A stretch of 62,594 bases of DNA, counting the filler, from Rhabdomonas costata (taxonomy: Eukaryota), in assembly GCA_019059605.1 (NCBI GenBank). It is 33 parts of 33 records of this genome, joined end to end, with 100 filler letters (N's around TTAATTAATTAA, not from the genome) between each part and the next. Parts side by side here need not be neighbours in the genome. Positions count along the whole stretch, not along the records: positions 1 to 1,805 come from JAHMHO010008847.1; positions 1,906 to 3,706 come from JAHMHO010008848.1; positions 3,807 to 5,607 come from JAHMHO010008849.1; positions 5,708 to 7,507 come from JAHMHO010008850.1; positions 7,608 to 9,408 come from JAHMHO010008851.1; positions 9,509 to 11,308 come from JAHMHO010008852.1; positions 11,409 to 13,208 come from JAHMHO010008853.1; 26 more parts are not named here. One strand, written 5' to 3'. How positions within the stretch are numbered: the stretch's first letter is position 1; each line of letters opens with the position of its first letter. Positions 1 to 11,767 of this stretch are shown here, in pieces. A model generated the notes under the pieces. The model saw only the letters and a program-made list of their open reading frames with translations, ran no database searches and was not told the DNA's origin. The position numbers and the translations under genes are program-made.

Positions 1-39
1 GTGGGTGTGGGTGTGGGTGTGGGTGTGGGTGTGGGTGTG
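1..39. repeat. (GTGGGT)6 hexamer tandem repeat
   Basis: Directly visible at the contig start. Confidence 0.9.
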
Positions 40-509
40 AAAAGTCGCCATGCCCGCAAGGGCAGGCTGAAGGTGGCAGTGCACGGCAGTGCACGAGCTG
101 CGGAAGGTCAGCTACCCAGAGTACGCGCACAAAGAAGAGCACAAGGCCGTAAAGTCATTGGTCGAGCGGTTGTGCAGTCAGTGTGTCTGTGTGTAGCCGC
201 CTATGATGTATATGGTCTCAAGGTTTGTGAGCAGTAGAAAGATGATCCGCTCCCGATAAATCTGCCAGGAAGCGGGAGAATTTTCGAAACCCGACTGAAG
301 GCAGCAAGCATCACCTCTGCATCACCAGTTCCGCTCAACCACAGTGTTGAGTGTGGGTGTCATCGCGGCACCGTGATAGAAATTATACCATTGTGTCGGG
401 ACGGTTCAGCATCGCACTTGAAACATTGGTCATTATAGTCCCCCGAGTTAGTTCCCGGTTGGGTGTTAATCCGGGGCGCTGCTGCTAGGCTGGGTTGCCT
501 CTTTGCAAG

Positions 510-1420
510 GCGTAGGTGCCGCGGAGGGCGGGGACAGCATCCTCGCCGGGGCGGCGGAGCTGAGCTTCCCGCTGCCCCGCTTGCTGCCCGAGGGTCTGGC
601 CTGGGCGCACTGCTTCATCAATGCAGGCTCGGTGGCCACCCTGCAAGGCAACAACCCTCCTCCCGCTCTGGGTGATGTGCAATGCCAGTGAGGGCTTGGG
701 ACATGCATGTTTCGCGTTGTTTCAGCGAGAGCCCCTTTTGCCACCTCCTTCTGACGTACATGCCCAATCCCCCCCCCGGACTGCAGCACATCCACGGTCG
801 TTTTTTGTCGACCTTCTGAAGCTGTCTTTTTAATGCCGCCTTTTGTCCAAAAAGACTTTTTATGACTTTATAAACTCTCCCTTTTGGTGGAAAATGAGGG
901 TAGAAACTTTCACCCAAAGCGTAGTCAATCGAGCTCGTTGTACGACATCATCGGAGCTTTGCCTGTTTTTTGATTTGGGCTTCTTTTCAGAGCCGTAACA
1001 TTTGTAACATTTAGGAGTGCGTTCACAAGAGGTTCAGTGGGAAGTGCTCATTCCATTTATATAGCGGGCTTCACCGTAAATTGAGAGTTTGCAACCTTCG
1101 AAACTTTACGGACTAAGTTCTCCGGGGTGTAACTAGGCTTATAATTACTCTTTCACACCACACACCTACGCACGCGCGCCAACGCAGGGTGGACCTTGCG
1201 GAAGCAAGTCGCGGAGCTTGTGCAGCAGGCCCGTGCCAGCGTAGGGTTTGGGTTTGTGTTTGGGTACCTCCCTCTGACGGGGCAGCTGGGCCGGCTCGAG
1301 GCCAACCTGTCATTCCCGATCACTCTCACCGGCCGGGTCTACACCGAGCCCCGGAGCGTTTTTGAGCCCCTAAAGGTGGGCCTGACCTGGCAGTCCGACG
1401 GCGCCGCGAAGTTGCTGTGA
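510..1420 (+). CDS. SAM50: Sam50/Omp85-family beta-barrel assembly protein, last two exons (510-671, 1188-1420)
   Basis: Splicing GT-AG intron 672-1187 (phase 1) gives VGAAEGGDSILAGAAELSFPLP...AHCFINAG...RASVGFGFVF...GRLEANLSFPI...LKVGLTWQSD. These are the GGD, ELxFPLP, HxFxxAG, RxSxGxG and RLExN Omp85 C-terminal motifs. The GLxWxS ending resembles kinetoplastid Sam50 as I recall it. Confidence 0.85.
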
Positions 1421-3578
1421 GAGAGACAGAGAAAGCGCTTGTGGTTGTGGGACACAGTTTGGGGAGCAGCTGACGGACCTAGTTCACACAGTATTCGTGC
1501 GTTGTGGCGGTGGCGTCATCCCCATCAAGCCTGCCAGAAGCTCATCTCCGATCAATCGGACAATCAGACTTTGGTTGGTCTTGACCATAATTCGAGGGGA
1601 AAACTTCGAAATTCCGTGTAGCCCGGTGGACGAATGAGACATATGGACAAACGGCGAAGAGTACTCCATCGCTGGGGACTAAGCGTGTGGTGCATTGCCC
1701 CTCTCCAAAACCTCTTAGGGTTTGAAGTCAATTTTCACCACCGCCACGAAAAGCCGTATGACAGATATTAATCCAGTCGCCTTCGCGCAGGACTTATATG
1801 CTCATNNNNNNNNNNNNNNNNNNNNNNNNNNNNNNNNNNNNNNNNNNNNTTAATTAATTAANNNNNNNNNNNNNNNNNNNNNNNNNNNNNNNNNNNNNNN
1901 NNNNNGACAAATCCGACCTAGAGCTGTCCTAAAACCTCCTCAAAGCGGTCCTAAAACCGTCCTAATGTGCAGACTAATGCTCGGTTCCAGCAGAAGGCAT
2001 TTTCTCTGGGGATGGCGGCAAATACTTTTTTCACCCCGTCTCCAATTGGTGCCCCATCGGAGGGTTAGCCCCTGACAAAAATTTTCACAGGACGCCGCCT
2101 TGAGCTGCAACGCTCAAGGCCAAAAAGCGAGAACCAGAACGCGGATCAGAGAGATGGGATCACGCAATGCGGACCAGAGCATTGATGACATCGTTGATCT
2201 CAGCGGCGCCCGCCCCCCCGGACATCGCTCCGGGGTTTTCCTCTTTTCAGAGGAGCGTAAAGCGCAAACCAGTACAGAGCAAGATAGGAAATGGAAAAAC
2301 ACTGGAAGGAGGCCCCCAAAACTATGTTTCCCTTTCAGCTCAGAAATAGAAGAGATGTGCGTGCTTGAATGCGTGGGGAAATGAACTAACCCATGTCAAC
2401 AGCAACAATCTCTGGAACTGCTTCCATCTCCGGACCGGCAGGAAAAGGCCATTGACGGTCGTGGCACATACAACCCGGTTGGATCCGTTCAGGCTCCATC
2501 GGTCCGTTGTTGCCCGCGAAGACGTGGCTCTATCCTGCCAGCGCACCTGGAGTCAGCAAGTGGCTAGCTCACGAGTGTCGTGGGCAGCACTCAAGGGACC
2601 CCTCGAGACCGTATCCCCTCAGCCTGGTTGAGCGTTGCACCCTGCGATGCCCTGGGTATAAAATCCTATAATCCGAATCTCAGTTATGGCGACACACACC
2701 CGCAATCACCTTTCAAGCTGAACCATCCTGATGCTTTGATGAAAATGACGTTCCCGATACGATTGCAAACCACAAAAGAATCACAAAAGAATCACAAAAG
2801 ACCAGAATCTGCTGGCTGCGATCGGGAACCTTCCTGCAATCAGGAACCTTCCTCCTTCACTCCTCAAACGAGCGAACTCAATAAAACACTGCTCACCGAT
2901 GCTTCTCGAAAGCCTTCGTGCGTCGGTAAAGTGTAGTAGCACTGACACGGGCAGGAGGGAGAAGGGGGCGGGGTCACAAGAACACGACCAGAGTCCGACA
3001 CACTGGGCTCTCCAGCAAAAGCCACCTCCCAAGTGAATGTGAACGGCATACACTTTCCGCTGGGGAGCACCGGCAGAGCGGCGCAGATGGTCTCCCCCAT
3101 AGAGACCTGGAAGTGCGAAGCGACAGAAAGGGCGAAAGGGCTGATATTTTGATTCCGCACTCAATCGATAAGACCAATCATTTTATGCGTTAAGCCGAAT
3201 CATTGCAAAACTTTTTTTTATAAAACCACAGGCATAAACCAGACCAGCGTTGGTTCTTGTCTGGCGAAGCCGCTCATCGGCCCCGGCCGACTACTCCCAT
3301 CGTCGAAGGCACCTCCACCCTCCCGAACAGCCGGGCCTGGCGCCCGATCTCGCGGAACATGGCCTGCACCTGTTGGACCATACCCCCACCCCACGCACAA
3401 GGAATGACATGTACAAACAGCGTAAAACGAATATTTCTAGGATTTTGACCGACGACCCACGATTCAGATCTATATAAATAAAGTAGTCTTGTTTATCTCT
3501 CTCTCTTTGAGTGAGGAATGTGGAAATGAGTGGTGGCGCAGGAGCTCGGGTCCCGCTAGAGCCGGATCCTTGATGATG

Positions 3579-3614
3579 ACACACACACACACACACTCTC
3601 TCTCTCTCTCTCTC
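3579..3614. repeat. Compound microsatellite (AC)n(TC)n
   Basis: Directly visible. Other CA/GT/TC/AG microsatellites lie at about 16697-16720, 16922-16943, 17269-17293, 22659-22679, 44942-44960, 45907-45938 and 60656-60690. Confidence 0.9.
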
Positions 3615-4504
3615 GTTTGTGATAACCTTTCTCCGGGTCCGCCAACTGAAGAATGACTCAGTCCCAATTCTCAATGTCCTTTTCCTCAAAGAACAGTTTC
3701 CCAAAANNNNNNNNNNNNNNNNNNNNNNNNNNNNNNNNNNNNNNNNNNNNTTAATTAATTAANNNNNNNNNNNNNNNNNNNNNNNNNNNNNNNNNNNNNN
3801 NNNNNNTTGTGTTTTTCCATTCCATTTGCAAGAATGAACGCGAGAGCAGAGTGGAATGGAAAAAAACGGCACAGATACATGCTCGCTGAGGCAGAAGTGG
3901 GAACGAAAGCGGCACTGGTGTAAACAATTGAGCGTAACCGTAACCGTGACCGTAACCGCCATATACACGAAGGTGAAGTGGGGGATAAGTAAGGAGGGGA
4001 AATTGGAGAATAGGGAACAGAGCGAGAAGAGCAGGCGGAAATGGAACAATGGCGCAGCGGCGGTCGTCAGCGAGACACTCAAGGTGCACTTTGTAACTTG
4101 ATCTGGATCCCGGACCCTCTTACGTAGGCGTAGAACCGGTTATGTAAATCGTCGTGGCGTTTGGATTCTTATGCATTTCTGCGGCAGTGAGGGATTAATA
4201 TGGAAGCCCCAAGACTTGCGTTATTGCAATGGTTTGCTTCGGTGAGATTACAGGGGTGAGTGCAGGCAAGTGACACCGAGACCCTGATTCGAAAAGTTCA
4301 CTTGGCTTGTTCTACTTGGGGCTGATGGGTTAGGGTTCGACTTAGACCCAGAGTTGTGGACGACACCTTCAGGTTTGACGCTGCCATTTTTTCGACCTCA
4401 CGCCCAGCAGGGGCGATCTTTTGTTCGGCAGTGTTTTTCCTTTGCAGTGCTCTATACAGCAACCCTCTGTTAGTTTTGTCCAGTGAGCTTGCTTGCAGCG
4501 GAAA

Positions 4505-5093
4505 ATGTGTTCGTGGCGCATTCTCTTGAGTTGTGTGGTCGCCGCATCGCTGCTCTTCGCTTCCGTAGTCGAGGCCTTGACGGTGATGTCCGGGCTCTTC
4601 TACTACCATGACTGCTGCCTTACGTTGTGCACGTCGGGATTTTGCACTGCCATGGAGCTGCAGCGTTACCATCCTTTCTGTACCAACCAGACCTGCTTCG
4701 ATGCAATGCATAAGAGCCCTAAACTCTTCACGAACGTCTTCAAGACTGCGGTTGACCAAGTGTGTTCCGCGCACGCCACGGCCGGGGCCAACCCCCATGC
4801 ATGCGAACGGTTTGATATGGTTGTCTCGGACGAACTACACTATGATTCGATGTCCTGGACAAAGCCTGCGTTCCAGAAGGTTGCCCCTTCACCCCAATGG
4901 ATATACCAAGGTCACCATCGGTCCCATGCTGCGTCGGCGTTCTACGGATCGCCTTTCAACTCCGCTCTCGCACTTGCCGTCGACGGTATCACAGTCGTCA
5001 CCTACTATGCAAGCCGGATTCAAGGTTTACGAGAACTCAGGCGGGCGCCCAAAGCTCATAATCCCGTGGCTGCCTGGTCTTTCTGCATCTTAG
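4505..5093 (+). CDS. Carbamoyltransferase (NodU/CmcH/TobZ family) N-terminal Kae1-like domain with signal peptide; first exon
   Basis: ATG at 4505; hydrophobic leader MCSWRILLSCVVAASLLFASVVEA; YYHDCCLTL..MELQRY (HD...ExxR); HHRSHAASAFYGSPFNSALALAVDG, the family HxxxH...DG signature. Likely donor G|GTGTGC after 5093. Confidence 0.8.
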
Positions 5094-5351
5094 GTGTGCA
5101 TGCTTTTGTTTACGGCCCTGATCGTTATGATATGTGTTCCGTTCTCCCTTTGTCTAGTTGTATCCAAGTTGGAATTGACGGTGTCTACTCCTCTCCTTTC
5201 TTCACTGAGCCCATTCAGTTACCAAAAATCCACAGCTACCCTTGCTGTGCTGAGAGTGGATTGTTAAGTCGACGACATTTTTTAAAAGGAAGAGGAGGTC
5301 TATGGAGTACTTCTCTGCATAATAGGGGAGCCGGGCGAGTTTGCACCTCAA

Positions 5352-5600
5352 GTGCAATGAGCGCTTTTCGGAATGCTTGCGAAATCGTTCACTCGTTCAG
5401 TTATAATCTCAGAAATTGTCATATCTTCCGAAACAATAGTACAAATAGTGGTCTAGGGCATCCTTTTGAAGAGTCATCAAGTCCAACGGATGTCTATTGG
5501 CGACTATTTGTACTATTGTTTCGGAAGATATGACAATTTCTGAGATTACAACTGAACGAGTGAACGATTTCGCAAGCATTCCGAAAAGCGCTCATTGCAC
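5352..5600. repeat. Long inverted repeat (98-bp arms, 1 mismatch, 53-nt spacer) at contig end
   Basis: 5352-5449 is the reverse complement of 5503-5600. Confidence 0.9.
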
Positions 5601-6137
5601 CAAAACCNNNNNNNNNNNNNNNNNNNNNNNNNNNNNNNNNNNNNNNNNNNNTTAATTAATTAANNNNNNNNNNNNNNNNNNNNNNNNNNNNNNNNNNNNN
5701 NNNNNNNTATTTGCTCATTTCGTTCCAAAAAAAAAACGCATATCCGTTTCGCACAATGCACCCGTCTGAGGTTTAATGTCTTTTGTGAATATCTAATGTA
5801 ATTTTGTATAAAGTTTAAAATATTTTGCTGGGGTTGTGAGTGCGGTTCCTACAGATGGGTGCAGTGCTCGCTTTTTGTTTGTAATATTGCTGAGCCAGTT
5901 CAGCTTTCCCACAGCCCCCACCCTCATTACTCCTGCTGAGCTGCAGCAAGGGCAGATGGAACTTGATGGTCCATCGCACCAGAGCAGAGTAGAATCTCCC
6001 ATTGAGCCGATGATTGCCGTTAAAAGTTGGACGCGGGCGTCCGTATGGATTCTCGGAGAATCACTTCATTTTGTGTCGTTGCGGTGTTACAAAGCTAACC
6101 AGAATCGCCTTCCATCTGCGGGGACTTGCTCTCTCAG

Positions 6138-6874
6138 ATTGCGATGGTGATGATGATGGCCGTGGGGCTGGCGGCCTCGGCGGCTGCCGTGAAGACGTTC
6201 TCCGAGGAGCGACCCATGTTCTGGAGAGAGGCCTCCGCGGGGCACAACAGGCTGGCGTACTTCCTGGGCAACACCTGGGCCACCGTGTACCGCTTCAGCC
6301 TAGCCGCGCTGCACTTCGCCACGGTGTACTACGTCATGGCCACCCCGATGATTGCCTTCAAGAGAGTACTGGCGATTGTCCTGCTGACCTTCTTCGCGGT
6401 TTATGGGCAGGTTCACGGAAATCGCTTTCTGTGGAACATGCGTCTCTTTCCTCATCTCTCCGTTTTCCTCCCGTTGTTTTGTTTGAGTCTGCTCCAGGTC
6501 GGAAGCGACAGAGATGATGGAAGGACATCTGCCCCTGCTTATCCCAATTTCTCAACAGAATTTAGAGGAGAAATCGGAGGAACCCCACACGAAGTGTTTG
6601 CGCGGGTTCCACGGCTATGTTTTTGAATTACTTGTGCACCAGCTGCGCCCCGTCAACGACACACACGTTGGCCTGTTTTCGTTCCATCATATGCTAATCG
6701 TCTCCGCGTCTGTGTATAGTGTAGGGCTTCCGGTTTGCACTCTCTACCCCTGTGCTGCAGGCCTGCTTCCTGTCAATGTTCGTGCGCCGCGAGGACGCCC
6801 CATTGCTGGCCGTGGTGATCTCCCTGTTCGCGGCGGTGTTCAACGGCTACATCATCAGCCTCCCAGACCCTTTG
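6138..6874 (+). CDS. ABCG (White-type) transporter, ABC2 membrane-domain exons (6138-6410, 6761-6874)
   Basis: KTFSEERPMFWREASAGHNRLAYFLG matches the ABCG FxxE(R/K)xxFxRExxxGxxxxxAYF motif, followed by TM helices. Phase-0 GT-AG intron. Confidence 0.88.
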
Positions 6875-7923
6875 GTCCTCCGAAACATATTTGAACGCGA
6901 TGGCACAACTTTTCCAAAAGCAAACAAAATACAGGCACACTCTGAACAGGTTGCCCAAAAACCTAGCAGCCGCACTCCTTGGTCGGGTTCAGGGGGGTGG
7001 GGAGGTAACAGTTACCATTGGTACCAGAAAACAGAGTTTTTTTTTGGACGGCACTGCTTCACCACTGTTCAGTGGAAGGTCCACCTGCAAACATCAAATA
7101 GCAAACAGCAAACAGCACACACACAGAACAAAATGGAGAGAGGTGGTACAAAAAATGAGTGCGGATCTCTGACTAAGTTTTGTTACATTAACTTGCAAAG
7201 AGGTAATGAAATGACTTTATTTCAGTGTAGGGGGGTAGGTGAAGTGGTAGGGGGGGGGGTAGGTAACTGTGCCAGTGCTCTGGAGATATCCTCTGGAATA
7301 TGGATGGTGGAGTGGTGAGCAATATTTTTGGGACTGAGGGCAGGGACCCGACGGAGACCAGTCCGCGGCGCGGTCAGAGCGGGCGGCTCGGGCAGGAACA
7401 TGACCTGGGGGGCCTTCAAGGCCTTTTTAAAAAGATTCTTCTCCAATGGGAAAATTGCCAACAAGGACCGTTGCCCCCCCCCCAGCTAAACTTGTTCACC
7501 ACCCCACNNNNNNNNNNNNNNNNNNNNNNNNNNNNNNNNNNNNNNNNNNNNTTAATTAATTAANNNNNNNNNNNNNNNNNNNNNNNNNNNNNNNNNNNNN
7601 NNNNNNNTTCTCTTACAGATGTGCTGTCGGGTGAATCCAGGACCAGGACCACTTCTGTTTGGAGATAGATGAGCTCGATTCCCACATGGGGAATGGGGAG
7701 TGGCACCGCAGATCAAAGCGGAGCCAGGCAGACGGGAACATGCCCAGCGATCTGCAGAGCTTAAAAAGGGTGGTGGAACCCCGACGCAAGAAGTGATAAG
7801 CGCAAGAGGGACTGTGGGAGGTGATTGAATGCGGAGAAAATCAATCAGATTACCGTCAACAACAAGATTCCGCTCCATGAAGCATAAAAAGTAGGGAAAG
7901 CGCAACCGCGCGCTTTTTGCCAA

Positions 7924-9376
7924 ATGGTAAAGCAGCGAATTACTTCGGGTATTCTTTTTGCAAAGTACATTCCAGTAAGTATTCAGTACATATTATGATA
8001 AAGTCTTTTCATGTGAGAGGATGAAATTCTCACATTGGGCTTCGCATCGCAGTTCACATTTCTCCCCTCTTCTTCTCTCTCAAGGCTGTGCAACTCACGA
8101 TGTCTCAGATTCAGAGCCAGGGAGAATAGCACCAGCTCTAGCATTGGCAAATGATCCGGCAGTCATTTATGATTTCCAGCGGGCTGGCATCGTAATCCTT
8201 ATGGTCGTTACGTTAGAGTCCTCTAGGGACGTCGCTTGATTCCTCCCACTCAATGATGCAGTAATCAATCATCGGCTCTGGTTTCAAACTTACGGCAGGT
8301 ACGATTCCCAGGCGCCAGCAAAAGGAAGGTAGTAATGCAGAGGGAAGAAGAGAGAAGGAAGGTAATGCAGACCTCTGTGTCGTGCGGCTTTGAGTTGGCA
8401 GCTGTGATACCGTACGGCGTGCTTGAGCATTTGGTCAGCTTGTGCCCAGCTCCGGGAGTACAGCGGGAGAAAACGGAGTACAAGGGTCACACTCAGTTGA
8501 AAAATAGACTTGGAGAATTTGTGTGCGAAACCCAGAAACCCCAGATTTGCGCTTGCTTTGTGCTGTGAATGCAGCTCCTTTGCTCTCGTCTCAGTTGACA
8601 TCAGTTTCATTGTCGCTGAAATCCGAAAAAGATGCGTGGGTTTGCGTTTGGCCAACTTGTACGATGTAACACCAAAAGTTTATCTTCTGAAGTTTGCGAA
8701 GCCCGACTGCAAGGAATGCCTTTGTTTCAAACCCTCCGCTTTGCCTTTTTGCTATTTGTTCTTCCTACTTGGACGGTGGTGTTGCCACAGGAGCTCATTG
8801 TTGTTGAGTCGGGAGTTCGCGTTCACCTCACCGCTTACGCCAGAAGTAAACCCTCGGTGCCTTCTTCCTTCACCATCAAGCTTCGCAAACATCTTCGCAC
8901 GTGGCGACTCGAAGGAGTAGAGCAGTTGGGATTCGATCGAATAGTCGATTTCACCTTCGGAATGTGTGTTTTGGCAGCTGGCTTTTGTGGCTTTTGAGCG
9001 TCAGCGTTGCACTTCGTGTGCTTTGGTCTCATCTCTTTCATTAAAGTGGAGAAACAGCTCATCATCTGATTTTGGAATTCTACGCGAAGGGAAACATCAT
9101 TCTCACCGACAGCAATTATACGATAATTTCCATTCTGCGAACTTACAAGCAGGTGCAGGCAGGTTTTTGTTTTCCCTCATTTTCTGCATTTCTCAAGCAG
9201 CATATTCGTGCATGAATACGCGTCGCTTCAGGATGAAGGCGCTAAATACGCTGTCAAAGAGCATTACCCGGTAGAGGCCGTTGTTCCGCGATGTCCTCTC
9301 GACCGAAGTCGGCTCAGCTCGCTCTTGTCTCCACCTGAAACTACGACTCTGAAGCAGTTGCTTAATAGCAACCTCG
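7924..9376 (+). CDS. NEMF: NEMF/Rqc2 ribosome quality-control factor, N-terminal five exons (7924-7948, 8595-8713, 8791-8963, 9047-9152, 9232-9376)
   Basis: Spliced: MVKQRITSVDISFIVAEIRKRCVGLRLANLYDVTPKVYLLKFAKPDCKELIVVESGVRVHLT...[56 protein letters not shown]...ILRTY. This is the NFACT-N domain with DR and ExxxxGNIILTD motifs. Exon phases are consistent; intron 2 is non-canonical. Confidence 0.93.
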
Positions 9377-9532
9377 GTGCGTCACTGGTTATATTTTCCA
9401 AAACCCCCNNNNNNNNNNNNNNNNNNNNNNNNNNNNNNNNNNNNNNNNNNNNTTAATTAATTAANNNNNNNNNNNNNNNNNNNNNNNNNNNNNNNNNNNN
9501 NNNNNNNNGTTTTTTTTGGATTGCTGTCGCAG

Positions 9533-10127
9533 GCTTGAAGCGTACCTCAAGACGTGTTCTGCGAGATTGCCTGTCGTGCTGCCAAGCCTCCTGCTTGTCT
9601 CTGGGAAGATTAAGGTGTGTTTGGACCTTGCCCTCTGCCTTGTGGCCCTGACCTGTGCCGGATTATCTCAGATTCTCCGATCACAGACTGAATTTTACAG
9701 CTCTTTCCTTGTTAAAGTTTTTTTTATACCTTTATCTGAACGTGCCGGGGTTCTGGTAGCCCGTGGGGGGCAGCTGTAATATGATTCAAGCAGACTTGCG
9801 TAGTGCTAAAAGGAAGCAGAGATGCCTTTTTCGGAATCGCGATTAAGCCAGAAACATTTCTCGTATGCACAGCCAGTTTGTGCGGGAATGGCTAAGGCGG
9901 AGTTAATTTTTGAGCGTTCGCGTGGCCCAATACTGAAAATGTTTACTATTGGGCTGTTCCCCAGTCCCATTTTACCCCTGTGTGTGCACACACAGAGCCG
10001 GCAGGGAAAGGCCTCCTCGGCAGTGCGATGCTTTCGCAGCGCCCTTCATGAGGCGACCCGCCTGGACCTTCCCCATTACGCGGTGCAGGCACGAGCGCTT
10101 CTCGGCTCGACAGGGGGGCCAAGCTGA
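9533..10127 (+). CDS. Putative C-terminal helical/TPR-like exons (9533-9614, 9996-10127) of an unknown protein
   Basis: GT-AG, phase-consistent. GKIKSRQGKASSAVRCFRSALHEATRLDLPHYAVQARALL resembles TPR-like tails of sAC/STAND-type proteins. Weak. Confidence 0.4.
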
Positions 10128-11767
10128 CCCACCAAAACAGCAGCCCTTTCCATATCCCAGTGTCATGCCCTGCTCTTTTTTCGTCTGCTTCCCCTTCACG
10201 CCTTTTCATGTGCTTTTTTTTTCACTCATTCGTGTACGTGCGAGCGGTCTGGACCTGTGAGAATGGGATGATCCATGGCGGTCGCACAGAGGAGACATTG
10301 CCCACGTATGTTTTTTCCACTTTTTTTGGCTCCTGCTCTCTCATCGGTGTGAGCTTTTTCCGGATTGGGAGAGCGCCTGGGCCTTCTCGCCCTCATTCCA
10401 AACCTCCTCCACCCATCCCATTCCTTCCCATCCCAATCCCAATCCCATCTATCTCAATCTTTGCATGATGCTCTGCCTTGTGTGTGGTCGGAAGACGCCC
10501 CTGCTTCCCGAGTCGGCATACTCTAAGGAGTTGGGGGAAGAAATGTGGTCGTCTTCCCTCAGTCACATTTTTACGCATCCTATCCCTTCCTTTGCCCGTT
10601 GTATTGCGTTGTATGTCTGTCTCTCGACGGTAAGCACACCTTCGTTGGACTTCTCTAGCCCACGACGTGCAAGGAGAGGGGCAGTTGGCCAATGACGTCT
10701 CGCAGCGCCTCCTCCTCGTGAAAGATCTTTCAGACACCAGAGGGAAACGATTTGGTGAGCGTGCCAGCCTGCCTTTCTCCTTTTCTATGTCCTCATGTCA
10801 GTACCTTTTTTCTCCTTTGTGCATTGTTGTGGGGTGCATCCTGTGTGGCGGTGTGAATATCACTGCTCCGACGCTACGCTGGAGTGTGCCCCGCTAATGG
10901 TGCATCGTTTTGCCTGGCATTTACTCGGGTGAAGTTTGCCGATGAAAAGAATTCTCCCAAAAGGGCTCCCTCCTCGGTACACCAAGCAAAGGGTCGCTCT
11001 TCGGTCCGAAGAGCGGGCCCAAAGGAAGTTTTGGGGGGGCAAGTACAAGTTGTAACACCGTGACCTTTCGAAAGCCAAAAAAGCACCAGTATTCATTGTG
11101 CAAAGAAAATGTGCAAGGAAGGCGGGCGCAAGCGCCAAGGTGCGATAACCAGAAAAACACACGAGAGCACCACAAAAAGGACATGGAAGGCGGCAATCGG
11201 AATACAAGCATAAAAGTTCTAGACATAAAGAGGCACATTGTGGGGGAAAACAGGCAAATCCCGCAAGCGTGGCCGGCACAGCGCGCAGGGCTGCAGCAAA
11301 ACAACACANNNNNNNNNNNNNNNNNNNNNNNNNNNNNNNNNNNNNNNNNNNNTTAATTAATTAANNNNNNNNNNNNNNNNNNNNNNNNNNNNNNNNNNNN
11401 NNNNNNNNCGGTTAGGACCACACAGATCAGTACAGGAGATGGCCGAGTTGTCCGTGACTCAGAATACAGTCCCTTATACATGTGCTCCAAGGGGGTTGGT
11501 CGGTCAAGAGTGACAGAAATTGTTCGCGAACACAAGGGGTACGTGAATATGAGTCTGGGTCCAAAAAAAACCAACACAGGCTCACTTTACCGGTACGACT
11601 GTGGTGGCGATATATCGGGTGTGAAATTTTCGATTGCACGCGGTAACAAATATTCATTTGCATGCTGAGCAGATCCACGGGACGCGACTTCTCACCAGAC
11701 CCAAAAGGAGTGGGCACATTTAAACAGGCTTTCAATAAGAGCCTACGCCAGCAAAAGGGGTGAAGAC

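Noticed and set aside
2140-3372. Several exon-like GC-rich segments on the minus strand of contig 2 (e.g. VQAMFREIGRQARLFGRVE)
   Set aside because: Frames and joins could not be fixed, and the small-GTPase-like resemblance is too short to call.
5094-5533. C-terminal part of the 346-aa ORF 4493-5533
   Set aside because: Family resemblance and GC3 drop after the donor at 5093, and the region overlaps an inverted repeat. Probably intron read-through.
7620-7878. Divergent gene starting 45 nt from the NEMF ATG (MERNLVVDG|gtaatc)
   Set aside because: No recognisable protein and no convincing downstream exon frame.
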